Shown: positions 16,973-25,568, counted from the stretch's first letter. The stretch: 36,813 nucleotides of DNA from an uncultured Bacteroidales bacterium (GCA_964420625.1 CAYQUB010000001.1:1-36813); one strand, 5' to 3'. Notes: generated by a model from the sequence alone, not told the origin. Numbers and translations: made by a program.

Positions 16973-18742
16973 TTATTTTTCGGTTTGATATTGAAGTTGA
17001 TATAATTTGTAATACTGACCCCGTTTTTTTAGCAGTTCCTGATGCGTTCCTTCTTCCATGATCGTTCCTTTTTGAAGAACGATGATCTTGTTGGCATGTT
17101 GAACCGTCGACAGGCGGTGAGCTACCACGAGCATCGTGCCGATGTTCATCATCTTCTGAAGCGAGTCTTGAATCAAAACTTCGGTCTCGGTGTCAATGTT
17201 GGCGGTGGCTTCATCCAGGATCATGATCTTCGGTTTGTGAACGACGGTGCGCGCGAAAGACAAAAGCTGTCTTTGCCCGGAAGAGAAATTGTTTCCCCGT
17301 TCCCGGACTTCTTCCTGATAACCGTTGGGAAGTCCCGAAATGAACTTATCCGCGTTCACATATTCGCAGGCTTGCCGGATGTCCGCGTCAGTGATCGATT
17401 TTTCGCGCATCCGGATGTTTGATGCCACCGTTCCGCTGAACAGGAATACGTCCTGCAGCATCTGACCGATCCCGGACCGCAGCGAAGCGATCTTTATTTT
17501 TTTGATGTCCAGGCCGTCAATGAGGATCTGGCCTTTTTGAATGTCATAGTTCCGAACGATCAAAGACAGGATGGTGGTCTTGCCGCTTCCGGTTGCCCCA
17601 ACAAAGGCCACGGTCTCGCCCGGAAGGATCTTAAACGAGACATCCTTCAGGATCCACTCGCCTTCAATGTAACTGAACCAGACGTTTTTGAATTCGATCT
17701 CGCCTTTCAAGTCGGTCAGAGGGACGGCATCCGGTTCATCGACGATGTCCGGATTTTTGTCCAAAACTTCAAAGATCTTCTCGGCGGCCGCGAAAGCCGA
17801 CTGCAGCACGTTGAACTGTTCCGCCAGCTGTTGAATCGGAGTATATAGTTTATCAAGATACTGGTAGAAAATGATGATGACTTCGAAGGTCAGTCCGATT
17901 TGGAACATGACGTTTTTTCCGCCGAACCACAGAATCAAAATGAGCGTCAGAACATACAAAACATAAATCATCGGCCGGAAGATTCCAAAAATGAAAGTTT
18001 CGCGCAGGGAACTTCGCTTTAAGGTTTGGTTCTTCTCCCGGAATTCTTTCAGTTTCTTTTCTTCCTGGTTGAATACCTGGGTGATCTTCATTCCGGAGAG
18101 GTTTTCCGAAAGAAAGGCATTGACATTGGCGATGTTTTTGCGAACCTCGCGATAAGCTTCTCGCGAATATTTCCGAAAGATGAAGGTAATGAAAACCAGC
18201 ACCGGGCAAACCGCCAAGACATACAAACTTAACTGCACATCGACCAAAAGCATGGCGATGATGACGCCGACGACGGTCAGCGAATCCTTAAGCAGATTCA
18301 TGATCACGCTGGTATACATCTCGTTCAGAGTGTTGGTGTCATTGGTGACCCGGGTGACCATCTTGCCGACCGGAATGCTGTTGATCTGACCGATCGAATA
18401 ATTCTCGATGTGCGAGAACACTTGTTCCCGGACATTATAAATGATCTTTTGGCCGGCCTTTTGCAGCGACATCCCCTGAAAATACTGAATGACGAACATG
18501 ATGGCCAGACAGACCGCATAAGCGATGACGATGTAAATGATCAGGTTGAAGTCGATGACATCCTGACCCAGGATCTTCGCGGCCTGGCCGAGCAGGATCG
18601 GGAGAAGCAGATCGAATCCGACCGAGATCACCATCATGACCAGCGCTACAAAAAAGATTTTCTTTTGGCTTTTGGCGTACCAAAACAATCGGGAGATGAT
18701 TTTTTTATCGGTGAGATTGACTTTTTCTCTTTGTTCATCCAT
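16973..18742 (-). CDS. ABC exporter, fused permease/ATPase subunit (consensus-site half of a heterodimer)
   Basis: There are six predicted TM segments, then Walker A GATGSGKTT, signature FSSGQRQLLSFAR, Walker B IMILDEATANID and H-loop VVAHRLST. I set the start at the ATG at 18742 (MDEQREK), which is preceded by GGGAGG and overlaps the upstream stop by 8 nt. Confidence 0.85.
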   Translation of the reverse strand: MDEQREKVNLTDKKIISRLFWYAKSQKKIFFVALVMMVISVGFDLLLPILLGQAAKILGQDVIDFNLIIYIVIAYAVCLAIMFVIQYFQGMSLQKAGQKIIYNVREQVFSHIENYSIGQINSIPVGKMVTRVTNDTNTLNEMYTSVIMNLLKDSLTVVGVIIAMLLVDVQLSLYVLAVCPVLVFITFIFRKYSREAYREVRKNIANVNAFLSENLSGMKITQVFNQEEKKLKEFREKNQTLKRSSLRETFIFGIFRPMIYVLYVLTLILILWFGGKNVMFQIGLTFEVIIIFYQYLDKLYTPIQQLAEQFNVLQSAFAAAEKIFEVLDKNPDIVDEPDAVPLTDLKGEIEFKNVWFSYIEGEWILKDVSFKILPGETVAFVGATGSGKTTILSLIVRNYDIQKGQILIDGLDIKKIKIASLRSGIGQMLQDVFLFSGTVASNIRMREKSITDADIRQACEYVNADKFISGLPNGYQEEVRERGNNFSSGQRQLLSFARTVVHKPKIMILDEATANIDTETEVLIQDSLQKMMNIGTMLVVAHRLSTVQHANKIIVLQKGTIMEEGTHQELLKKRGQYYKLYQLQYQTEK

Positions 18743-20504
18743 TGATCTCGCCTCCCACTTCATCTTCGAGTTTTTGAAGATTGACCATTTTCTTGTAAAG
18801 CTGACAAGTCTTCAAAAGTTGTTCGTGGGAACCAAAACCGATCAATTTGCCCTCGTCGATCAAAGCGATCTTATCCATGGTCTTGATGGTCGAGATCCGG
18901 TGAGCGATCAAAATCGTTGTCTTTTCCTGACGGGTCTGACGCAAATTCTGAAGGATGGTTTCTTCGGTCTTGGTATCGACCGCGGAAACCGAGTCATCCA
19001 AGATCAAGATCGGGGCATCCTTGATGAGCGCTCGGGCGATGGAAGTCCGCTGTTTTTGACCCCCCGAGATGGTCACGCCCCGTTCGCCCAAAATGGTTTG
19101 GTATCCGTCTTTGAATTCTTGGACATTGGCATCCAAGGCGGCCATCTCGGCCGCCCAAAGGATCTGCTTTTCGTCCTTGTTTTCAAAAGCAAAATCAATG
19201 TTGTTTTCAATGGTGTCGCTGAACAGAAAGTTGTCCTGAGGAACATAAGCCATGGCGCCCCGGACCTGCTTGAATGGCAGACGCATGATGTCGTAATCAT
19301 CAATCAGGATCTGATTCGGCTGCAAGTTGTAAAGCCGGAGCAACAGATCGACCAAAGTCGTTTTTCCGGAACCGGTCCGGCCGATGATCCCGACTTTTTC
19401 GCCGCTTTCAATGGTAAAGGTAATGTCATGAAGCACTTCGGTTTGGGTTTCCGGATAAGTGAAATTCAAGTGGTTGAAAGCGATCTTCCCGGATATGGCC
19501 GGGACCTCGAGCGGGTCAAGGTCAGAGATCTCGGCTTTCTGGTTCAAAAGTCCGTCGATCCTTTCCATCGACGCCGCCGCCTGGCTGCGCAGATTGATGA
19601 GCTGCGCGATGGCCATCATCGGCCAAGTCAGAGTCCCGAAATAAGAGATGAATTTGGTCAGATCGCCGATGGTGAAAAGGATGGTCCCGTTCACCTGATC
19701 CTGATAAATGAGATAACCGCCATAACCGAGGATGATGATCATGATCGAAGCGATCAGGGTTCCGATCAAAACGTTGAGCAGCACCGAAGCTTGGTTGAAC
19801 TCCATGTTGCGGTCATAATTGTCTTTGTTTATTTTGGAGAAAGCCAAAAGCTCATGGCCTTCTTTTACGAAAGCTTTGATGACGCTGATCCCCGATAAGC
19901 TCTCCTGAGTAAAATCGGACAGGTTGGCAAAAGCTTTTTGGCGCAGGGAGAATTTTTGGCTCATATACTTTCCGATGATCCGGCCGCAAAGAGCCAATAT
20001 CAAAAGCGGGACCGAAGAGATCAAAGTCAGAACATGGTCCATTTGCCACATCTTCAAGAAAGCCAAAGTCCCGAGGAATCCCGCGTCTACCAACATCAGC
20101 GTTCCCGCTCCGAAAGCCAGACGAATGGTTTGCAAGTCGTTGGTAAACAAAGCCATCATGGCTCCGGTCTTGTGCTGCTGAAAATAAGTCTGGGAAAGTT
20201 TCTCGGAATGGGCGAACATCCGCTCGCGGAGATCGGTTTCGATCCGGATTCCGTTTCCGAAGATGCAGATCCGCCACAAGAATCGGCCCAGGAACATGAT
20301 CCCAACCACGATCAGGATCTCGATCATGAAATCTTTTAGGACCGCTTCGGTCAAAGTCTGATACCGGAGTCCGTCAATGATCTTCCCGATGATCTCGGGG
20401 ATCTTCAGCTGATAGACATCGACCGCCACCAAAGCAGCGATCCCGATCACAAAATACAAGCCGTATTTTAAATAATATTTATTGATGTTTTTTCCAAAAA
20501 TCAT
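18735..20504 (-). CDS. ABC exporter, fused permease/ATPase subunit (degenerate-site half of a heterodimer)
   Basis: Walker A is GRTGSGKTT and the signature is ISGGQKQRTSIARAL. Walker B is ILILDDSVSAVD, with Asp where the catalytic Glu normally sits. A GAGGA ribosome-binding site is present. Confidence 0.85.
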   Translation of the reverse strand: MIFGKNINKYYLKYGLYFVIGIAALVAVDVYQLKIPEIIGKIIDGLRYQTLTEAVLKDFMIEILIVVGIMFLGRFLWRICIFGNGIRIETDLRERMFAHSEKLSQTYFQQHKTGAMMALFTNDLQTIRLAFGAGTLMLVDAGFLGTLAFLKMWQMDHVLTLISSVPLLILALCGRIIGKYMSQKFSLRQKAFANLSDFTQESLSGISVIKAFVKEGHELLAFSKINKDNYDRNMEFNQASVLLNVLIGTLIASIMIIILGYGGYLIYQDQVNGTILFTIGDLTKFISYFGTLTWPMMAIAQLINLRSQAAASMERIDGLLNQKAEISDLDPLEVPAISGKIAFNHLNFTYPETQTEVLHDITFTIESGEKVGIIGRTGSGKTTLVDLLLRLYNLQPNQILIDDYDIMRLPFKQVRGAMAYVPQDNFLFSDTIENNIDFAFENKDEKQILWAAEMAALDANVQEFKDGYQTILGERGVTISGGQKQRTSIARALIKDAPILILDDSVSAVDTKTEETILQNLRQTRQEKTTILIAHRISTIKTMDKIALIDEGKLIGFGSHEQLLKTCQLYKKMVNLQKLEDEVGGEING

Positions 20505-20530
20505 GGCCGTCCTCGGTTCTGCAGGTCATT

Positions 20531-20559
20531 ATTATATCATAGTCGCCCCAGTGAAGCAA
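20531..20559 (-). promoter_or_regulatory. Candidate promoter of the first ABC exporter pair
   Basis: On the minus strand: TTGCTT, a 17 nt spacer, then TGaTATAAT. Confidence 0.5.
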
Positions 20560-20656
20560 ACGAATTCCGTCAACGAAATCAACGGCTTCGGGAATTGCCT
20601 ACTTTCTTTTTTTTCACTTAATTGGTATAATGAAGAAGTGCTCTCGGAGGTTCATC

Positions 20657-20917
20657 ATGGCTGACAAAAACCGAACCAATTCCCAGATAAAATGTTCGCT
20701 GATCAACGGAAACCGGATCCTATCCATTGAATCGGAAAGCGAGAAATCGCCCCGGAACGTGGCGGTGATCCAGGACGGAAACCAGTCCGTTCTTTTCCAA
20801 GGCAATCAGCTTTTGACTTCTGAAAAAGTCTTCGAGTCTTTTTTGCAATCGGTCGATCCGGCTTCCGTCAAATACCTGGTCTTTTACCCGACCGAGTTCT
20901 TGCCGACGGATTCATGA
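20657..20917 (+). CDS. N-terminal fragment of a metallo-beta-lactamase-like (flavodiiron-type) domain: a separate small ORF or a frameshifted 5' part of the next gene
   Basis: I set the start at the ATG at 20657 (MADKNRT), which follows GGAGG by 7 nt. The track start at 20630 lies inside the TGgTATAAT -10 element (20626-20631). The ORF ends ..VKYLVFYPTEFLPTDS*, and its TGA overlaps the next ATG (ATGA). Confidence 0.5.
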   Translation: MADKNRTNSQIKCSLINGNRILSIESESEKSPRNVAVIQDGNQSVLFQGNQLLTSEKVFESFLQSVDPASVKYLVFYPTEFLPTDS

Positions 20918-22677
20918 AAGTCTTCGGAACTCATGATCTGCATCCGATCATCGTCACCGATGCCCTGACCGCCGGAACTTGGAAAGATTATTCGCCGGAA
21001 GCCGAATTCTTTGTCATCGATGAAACCATGCGGCTGGAGCTCAGCCCCAGCCATGTTTTGCGTTTCATCCGCACGCCGTTCTTCGGAAGCCCGAATTCGT
21101 TTCTGACTTATGACGATACCAGCCATACGGTCTTTTCGGGAGATCTGTTCTCGGCTCCCCGCTTTCCGGGAGCCGCGGAAAACGATCCTTTAAAAGCCAT
21201 GGCCATGGCCCATGAAAAAATCCTTCCGAGCAGCGACTTTCTGAAACCGATCATCAAAACTATCAAAAAATTGGAAATTGATATCATCATTCCGAATTTC
21301 GGGCCGCTCATCGTCAAAGATGAAGTCCGGAAAACTTTGGATTTTTTACAAACCCAAATTTTTTACAACAGCAGCATCTTGGTTAAAAGTTCCACTCAGA
21401 ACCGCCGGATCTACGATTACGTGACTTTGGGCAATCAAGTCATCGCCCGTTTAAAATCCCTGTACAGCAAAGAGGAAGTTCTTCGGATTTTCCAGGGCAC
21501 TCCGATCGCCATTGATCCGGAAACGATGGAGATCACCGGCACGCTGCTTCCCGGTTATAAATTCTGGAATCAGCTGTTTGAAGTCATCTTCAATAAAAAA
21601 GGTCCGGAATGGCTGGTGGTTTTGGAACCGATGGTCAATAAACTGGGCCGAACCTACAACATCAAAAAACCGGCCGTTTATTCATCATCGCTGATCACAT
21701 CGAAATTCGAAAACATCGCTTTGCAATCGAAAGTAAACTATCTTCAGGATAATTTGGACCGGGCCACCGATAAACTTCTTCACGATCCGGTGACCGGGGC
21801 CTACAATGAATATTTCTTAAGAAACTATTTAAGCCAGCACATCGCCGAAGCGAACCAAACCAAATCCTCCGAGGACTTCGCGCTGCTTTTCATTGACATT
21901 GACAACATCCGGAAACTGAATCTCATGTATTCCAAAGAGACCGGCAACGAAACGATGCGCAACTTCCATTATCTTCTCAATCAGATCAAAGATGAAAACC
22001 AGATGGTCTTCAAACGCAACGGGCCGGGTTTTGTGCTCTTCTGCGCCAAAAGCACTTTTGAGGAAGCCGTCAAAAAAGCCAATCGGATCCGCAACGCCGT
22101 CGCTGATTCCGATTCGTTCGTGGAAAAGATCACCGTTTCGGTCGGGATAACCCGTTTTCTGGAATTCACTTCCTCTGAACGCCAGGCCGAAGGCTTTTCG
22201 GAGATTATCTATGACCGGGGCGAGACCCGGGTCAAGACCGCTTATTCCAAAGGCCAAAACCGGCTGATCGACGAAAAAACCAAGAACGTCTTCCTGTCGA
22301 TCGGAAAGATCCTGATCGTCGATACCGACGAGATCGTCCAAAACATCTTCTCCAACGCCCTGAAAAACAATTTCTATGAAGTCGTGGTCGCCAAAAACGG
22401 CATCGAAGCCTTAAGCGCTTTTGATGCCAATCAGATCGATTTCATCATTTGTGAAAAAAACATCCCGAAGCTGGACGGATTCAAACTGAAAGCCAAGCTG
22501 AACGAAACGCCCGAGACCCAAACCATTCCGTTCGTGCTGACCACTTTCAACAAAAATCTGGCCATCGTCAATACCGCCAACGAACTGAACGTTGATTTCA
22601 TCCTCACGAAACCGCTCATCATCGAAGAAGTCGTCGGTCTCGTCAAAAGGATCCTTTCCCGGAGAGCCCATCCATGA
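20914..22677 (+). CDS. Multidomain signalling-like protein with the rest of the metal-site-less MBL-like domain, a coiled coil, a degenerate GGDEF domain and a C-terminal pseudo-receiver
   Basis: LRFIRTPFFGSPNSFLTYDDTSHTVFSGDLFS resembles the L.FI.TP..HWPDS..TY....LFS.D.FG block of flavodiiron MBL domains but lacks the histidines. The GGDEF-like region is DPVTGAYNEYFL...LLFIDIDNIRKLN...VFKRNGPGFVLF, with no GG(D/E)EF. The REC-like region is KILIVDTDEIV...DFIICEKNIPKLDG...FVLTT...ILTKP, with Glu at the phospho-acceptor position. Confidence 0.75.
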   Translation: MKVFGTHDLHPIIVTDALTAGTWKDYSPEAEFFVIDETMRLELSPSHVLRFIRTPFFGSPNSFLTYDDTSHTVFSGDLFSAPRFPGAAENDPLKAMAMAHEKILPSSDFLKPIIKTIKKLEIDIIIPNFGPLIVKDEVRKTLDFLQTQIFYNSSILVKSSTQNRRIYDYVTLGNQVIARLKSLYSKEEVLRIFQGTPIAIDPETMEITGTLLPGYKFWNQLFEVIFNKKGPEWLVVLEPMVNKLGRTYNIKKPAVYSSSLITSKFENIALQSKVNYLQDNLDRATDKLLHDPVTGAYNEYFLRNYLSQHIAEANQTKSSEDFALLFIDIDNIRKLNLMYSKETGNETMRNFHYLLNQIKDENQMVFKRNGPGFVLFCAKSTFEEAVKKANRIRNAVADSDSFVEKITVSVGITRFLEFTSSERQAEGFSEIIYDRGETRVKTAYSKGQNRLIDEKTKNVFLSIGKILIVDTDEIVQNIFSNALKNNFYEVVVAKNGIEALSAFDANQIDFIICEKNIPKLDGFKLKAKLNETPETQTIPFVLTTFNKNLAIVNTANELNVDFILTKPLIIEEVVGLVKRILSRRAHP

Positions 22678-23987
22678 TCATCCCTTATCAAGTCATTGTC
22701 TGGATCCTGGAGGGCTTGGGGGCCATCGCCGGCCTATTGATCATCGTCATTTTTCTGAACAAACTGCTTTTGCGTTACCGGATCTGGGAATCAAGACAAA
22801 TCAAAAAATATCTGGTGGCGAAATACCTTCAGAAACAATCCATCCAGAAGCATTTCTCAAAACGCAAACTGACCGACGAATTCATCAACATTTGCGAACA
22901 GACCGAACTTGATGACGACACCCTGGCTACGGTCGTCGCGGATTTCGACCGGCAGCAGATCATTGCTTATCATCTTTTCCGTCTGAATTCGCTTAAACCG
23001 ACCGTCCGGAAAGCCTCCGCTCATTACCTGGCTTTTTTTCGAAGCCGAAAAGCTTTGGACGGCTTGAAAAAGCGGCTGGTCATTGAAAAAAACGACAGCG
23101 TCAAGCTCTACCTGCTTAACTCGCTCAAAACCAATCTGGACGAATCGGTGGACATCATCATCGAAAGTTTGGTCGGTGCCAGCGCTTTTTACCGGCGCCG
23201 GGCCATCGAGATCATCACTCATCATCACAATCGTTTCAGTTACGCCATACAGGCGGCTTTGAACCGCAGCGAGTTTGAGATCAAAGAATTGGTCGCCGCT
23301 TTCGCGGCCGGTTACAAAAACGACGATCTGAAAGCCTATTTGCAAAAAGAACTGATCAGTCTCGAAGCCTTCTATGACGGCAACCAATCCAATCAGCTGC
23401 GGTACGATCCTTTAAAATTCAACGTTGACGCCTACTACTTCTCGATCTTGCGAACGCTGGTCGACGTTTATGACGAAAACATTTTCGTTGACCGCTATCT
23501 CACCCATTCGAAAAGCGAGGTTCGCCGGATCGTCATCGACGCCAAGAGCAAACGCGAAAACTTCGATGGCATCAAAAGCATTTTGGAGGGCTGCGACGGC
23601 AGCGACATGGATTTCTACCGGGTCGAAGTGATCACCAGGATCGCCGAGATCAACCGCGATTATTACCTGAACCTGGTCAGCATTTTTCAAAATCCCGGCC
23701 ATGTTCACCAACAAAAAGTCATTGCGTCGGTCCTGTCCTTCCGAACCGAGTACCTGATTTTGAAACTAAGTTCGCCGCAGCGGACCCAGATCATCGAATC
23801 CCTGAAACTTCTGGTCAGTTTCGGACTGACCGCCGACTTGATCGACTTCATGAACCAAAACAAAGATTTGGGGATCGAAAATGATTTGTTTCAGATCCTA
23901 AAGATCTATTATTCGGCTGACGAAAGGCTGAAAAAAGAACTGCACGTCTATTTGCGGCCCGAGATTTTGAAACGCATGGGAATCTAA
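22674..23987 (+). CDS. Membrane-anchored HEAT/ARM-like repeat protein
   Basis: An N-terminal TM helix is present (VIVWILEGLGAIAGLLIIVIFL). All-helical repeats follow, with HEAT-like strings: TVRKASAHYLAFFRSRKALDGLKKRLVIEKNDSVKLYLLNSL, AFYRRRAIEIITHH and SEVRRIVIDA. The ATGA start overlaps the upstream stop. Confidence 0.6.
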   Translation: MIIPYQVIVWILEGLGAIAGLLIIVIFLNKLLLRYRIWESRQIKKYLVAKYLQKQSIQKHFSKRKLTDEFINICEQTELDDDTLATVVADFDRQQIIAYHLFRLNSLKPTVRKASAHYLAFFRSRKALDGLKKRLVIEKNDSVKLYLLNSLKTNLDESVDIIIESLVGASAFYRRRAIEIITHHHNRFSYAIQAALNRSEFEIKELVAAFAAGYKNDDLKAYLQKELISLEAFYDGNQSNQLRYDPLKFNVDAYYFSILRTLVDVYDENIFVDRYLTHSKSEVRRIVIDAKSKRENFDGIKSILEGCDGSDMDFYRVEVITRIAEINRDYYLNLVSIFQNPGHVHQQKVIASVLSFRTEYLILKLSSPQRTQIIESLKLLVSFGLTADLIDFMNQNKDLGIENDLFQILKIYYSADERLKKELHVYLRPEILKRMGI

Positions 23988-24062
23988 AAAGAAACCTACG
24001 CGGCTCCGGTTCGGGAACGATCAAAAGTCGAAAAAAAGAAAGTTCAGTGGCTTAGGCGCCTT

Positions 24063-25568
24063 TTGTTCGTGGCTTTAGTTTTCTTTCCAATCGTTTTTTT
24101 GATCCGTTACAACCTGGGGCTGCTGTCCAAAAGCCTTTTGGAGATCCTGATTGCTTACGCGGTTGACATCAACTATTACATCGTTTTCTATTACGTCGCC
24201 GTCAATCTGATCTACCTTCTGCTGGTTTTGTTATCGATGAGTGGATCCCGGGAACAATCCCGTTTATGGAGTTTTAAAAACAAAAACATGCTTTTTGAAT
24301 CGGAAATGCTGTCTTCGATCTCCATCATCGCCCCCGCTTACAACGAGGAACTGTCCATCATCGACAGCGTCAATTCCCTGCTGAACCTAAATTATCCGCA
24401 GTATGAAGTCATCGTCGTCAATGACGGCTCAAAAGACAAGACCCTCCAAAAACTGATCGAATATTTCAAACTGGAACGCAAAAACCTCATTGTTTCCCAA
24501 AAACTGCCGACCATGCACGTGCGCGGCGTTTACCGAAACAAACTGACTCCATATCTGACCGTCATCGATAAAGACAACGGCGGAAAAGCCGATGCCCTGA
24601 ATACCGGCATCAATTATGCGGTCAGCGAATACATCTGCGGAATCGACGCCGATTCGATGTTGGAAGTCAATTCCCTGCTCAAACTGATGTCCGTGACCAT
24701 CGATCACAAATATCCGACCATTTGTTTGGGCGGAAACATTTTCCCGGCCAACGGCTGCGAGATCGACCGGGGCCAGGTCGAAAAAAAAGGCCTTCCGAAA
24801 ACTTTGATCACCAGACTTCAGGCCATCGAATACCTGCGGGCCTTCACGTCCGGACGGATCGGCTGGGCCAAACTGCGGTCGCTTCTGATCGTTTCCGGGG
24901 CCTTCGGTTTATTCCACCGGAACACCATGATCGAAGCCGGGGGTTACCTGACCAGCAGCGGCATCTTCAAAAAAGACACGGTCGGCGAAGACATGGAATT
25001 GGTCGTCCGGCTGTCCCGGAAAGCCCTGGAAGAAAAAAAGCCCTACCAGATCGACTACGTTTACAATGCTCATTGCTATACCGAAGTACCGAATGACTGG
25101 AAGAGTCTGTTCAAACAGCGCGACCGCTGGCATCGCGGCCTCATCGACATTCTCTCCTTCCATCGCCATCTGATCTTCAACCCGCGGTACAAAACCGTCG
25201 GGACCGTCGGCTTGCCCTATTTCCTCATTTTCGAAATGATCGGACCGCTTTTCGAAGCGCAGGGTTACCTCATGCTCATCCTGTCCATCGTTTTCGGACT
25301 GCTTGATCTGAACATCCTTTTGGCTTTGTTCTCGGTATCGGTCATGATGGGGATCATCGTCTCTCTGCTTTCGCTTCTGGCGACCGAGCGGGAATCCAAA
25401 TATCTGGGTTTTTCGGACACTTTGACTTTGGTAATCTTCGGGATCATCGAAAATCTCGGCTACCGTCAGCTCATGAGTCTGTACCGGGTCAAAGGATACT
25501 TCTCCGCCATGCGCGAAACCGGGCTTTGGGGAACCGTCACCCGCCGCGGCTTCAAAAAAAACAAATGA
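24063..25568 (+). CDS. Processive family-2 glycosyltransferase (PgaC/IcaA/NodC-like polysaccharide synthase) with N- and C-terminal TM segments
   Basis: Motifs are IIAPAYNEE..., VIVVNDGSKD, NGGKADALNTG, GIDADS, GEDMEL and QRDRWHRG (the QxxRW motif). There are two TM segments before and three or more after the catalytic domain. The start is TTG, with only a weak ribosome-binding site. Confidence 0.85.
   Translation: MFVALVFFPIVFLIRYNLGLLSKSLLEILIAYAVDINYYIVFYYVAVNLIYLLLVLLSMSGSREQSRLWSFKNKNMLFESEMLSSISIIAPAYNEELSIIDSVNSLLNLNYPQYEVIVVNDGSKDKTLQKLIEYFKLERKNLIVSQKLPTMHVRGVYRNKLTPYLTVIDKDNGGKADALNTGINYAVSEYICGIDADSMLEVNSLLKLMSVTIDHKYPTICLGGNIFPANGCEIDRGQVEKKGLPKTLITRLQAIEYLRAFTSGRIGWAKLRSLLIVSGAFGLFHRNTMIEAGGYLTSSGIFKKDTVGEDMELVVRLSRKALEEKKPYQIDYVYNAHCYTEVPNDWKSLFKQRDRWHRGLIDILSFHRHLIFNPRYKTVGTVGLPYFLIFEMIGPLFEAQGYLMLILSIVFGLLDLNILLALFSVSVMMGIIVSLLSLLATERESKYLGFSDTLTLVIFGIIENLGYRQLMSLYRVKGYFSAMRETGLWGTVTRRGFKKNK

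Noticed and set aside
18636-19898. 420-aa plus-strand ORF, the longest unannotated ORF in the track
   Set aside because: It is entirely antisense to the two ABC exporter genes, whose Walker and signature motifs are unambiguous. Its translation is Arg/Asp/Gly-rich with no recognisable motifs and no ribosome-binding site.
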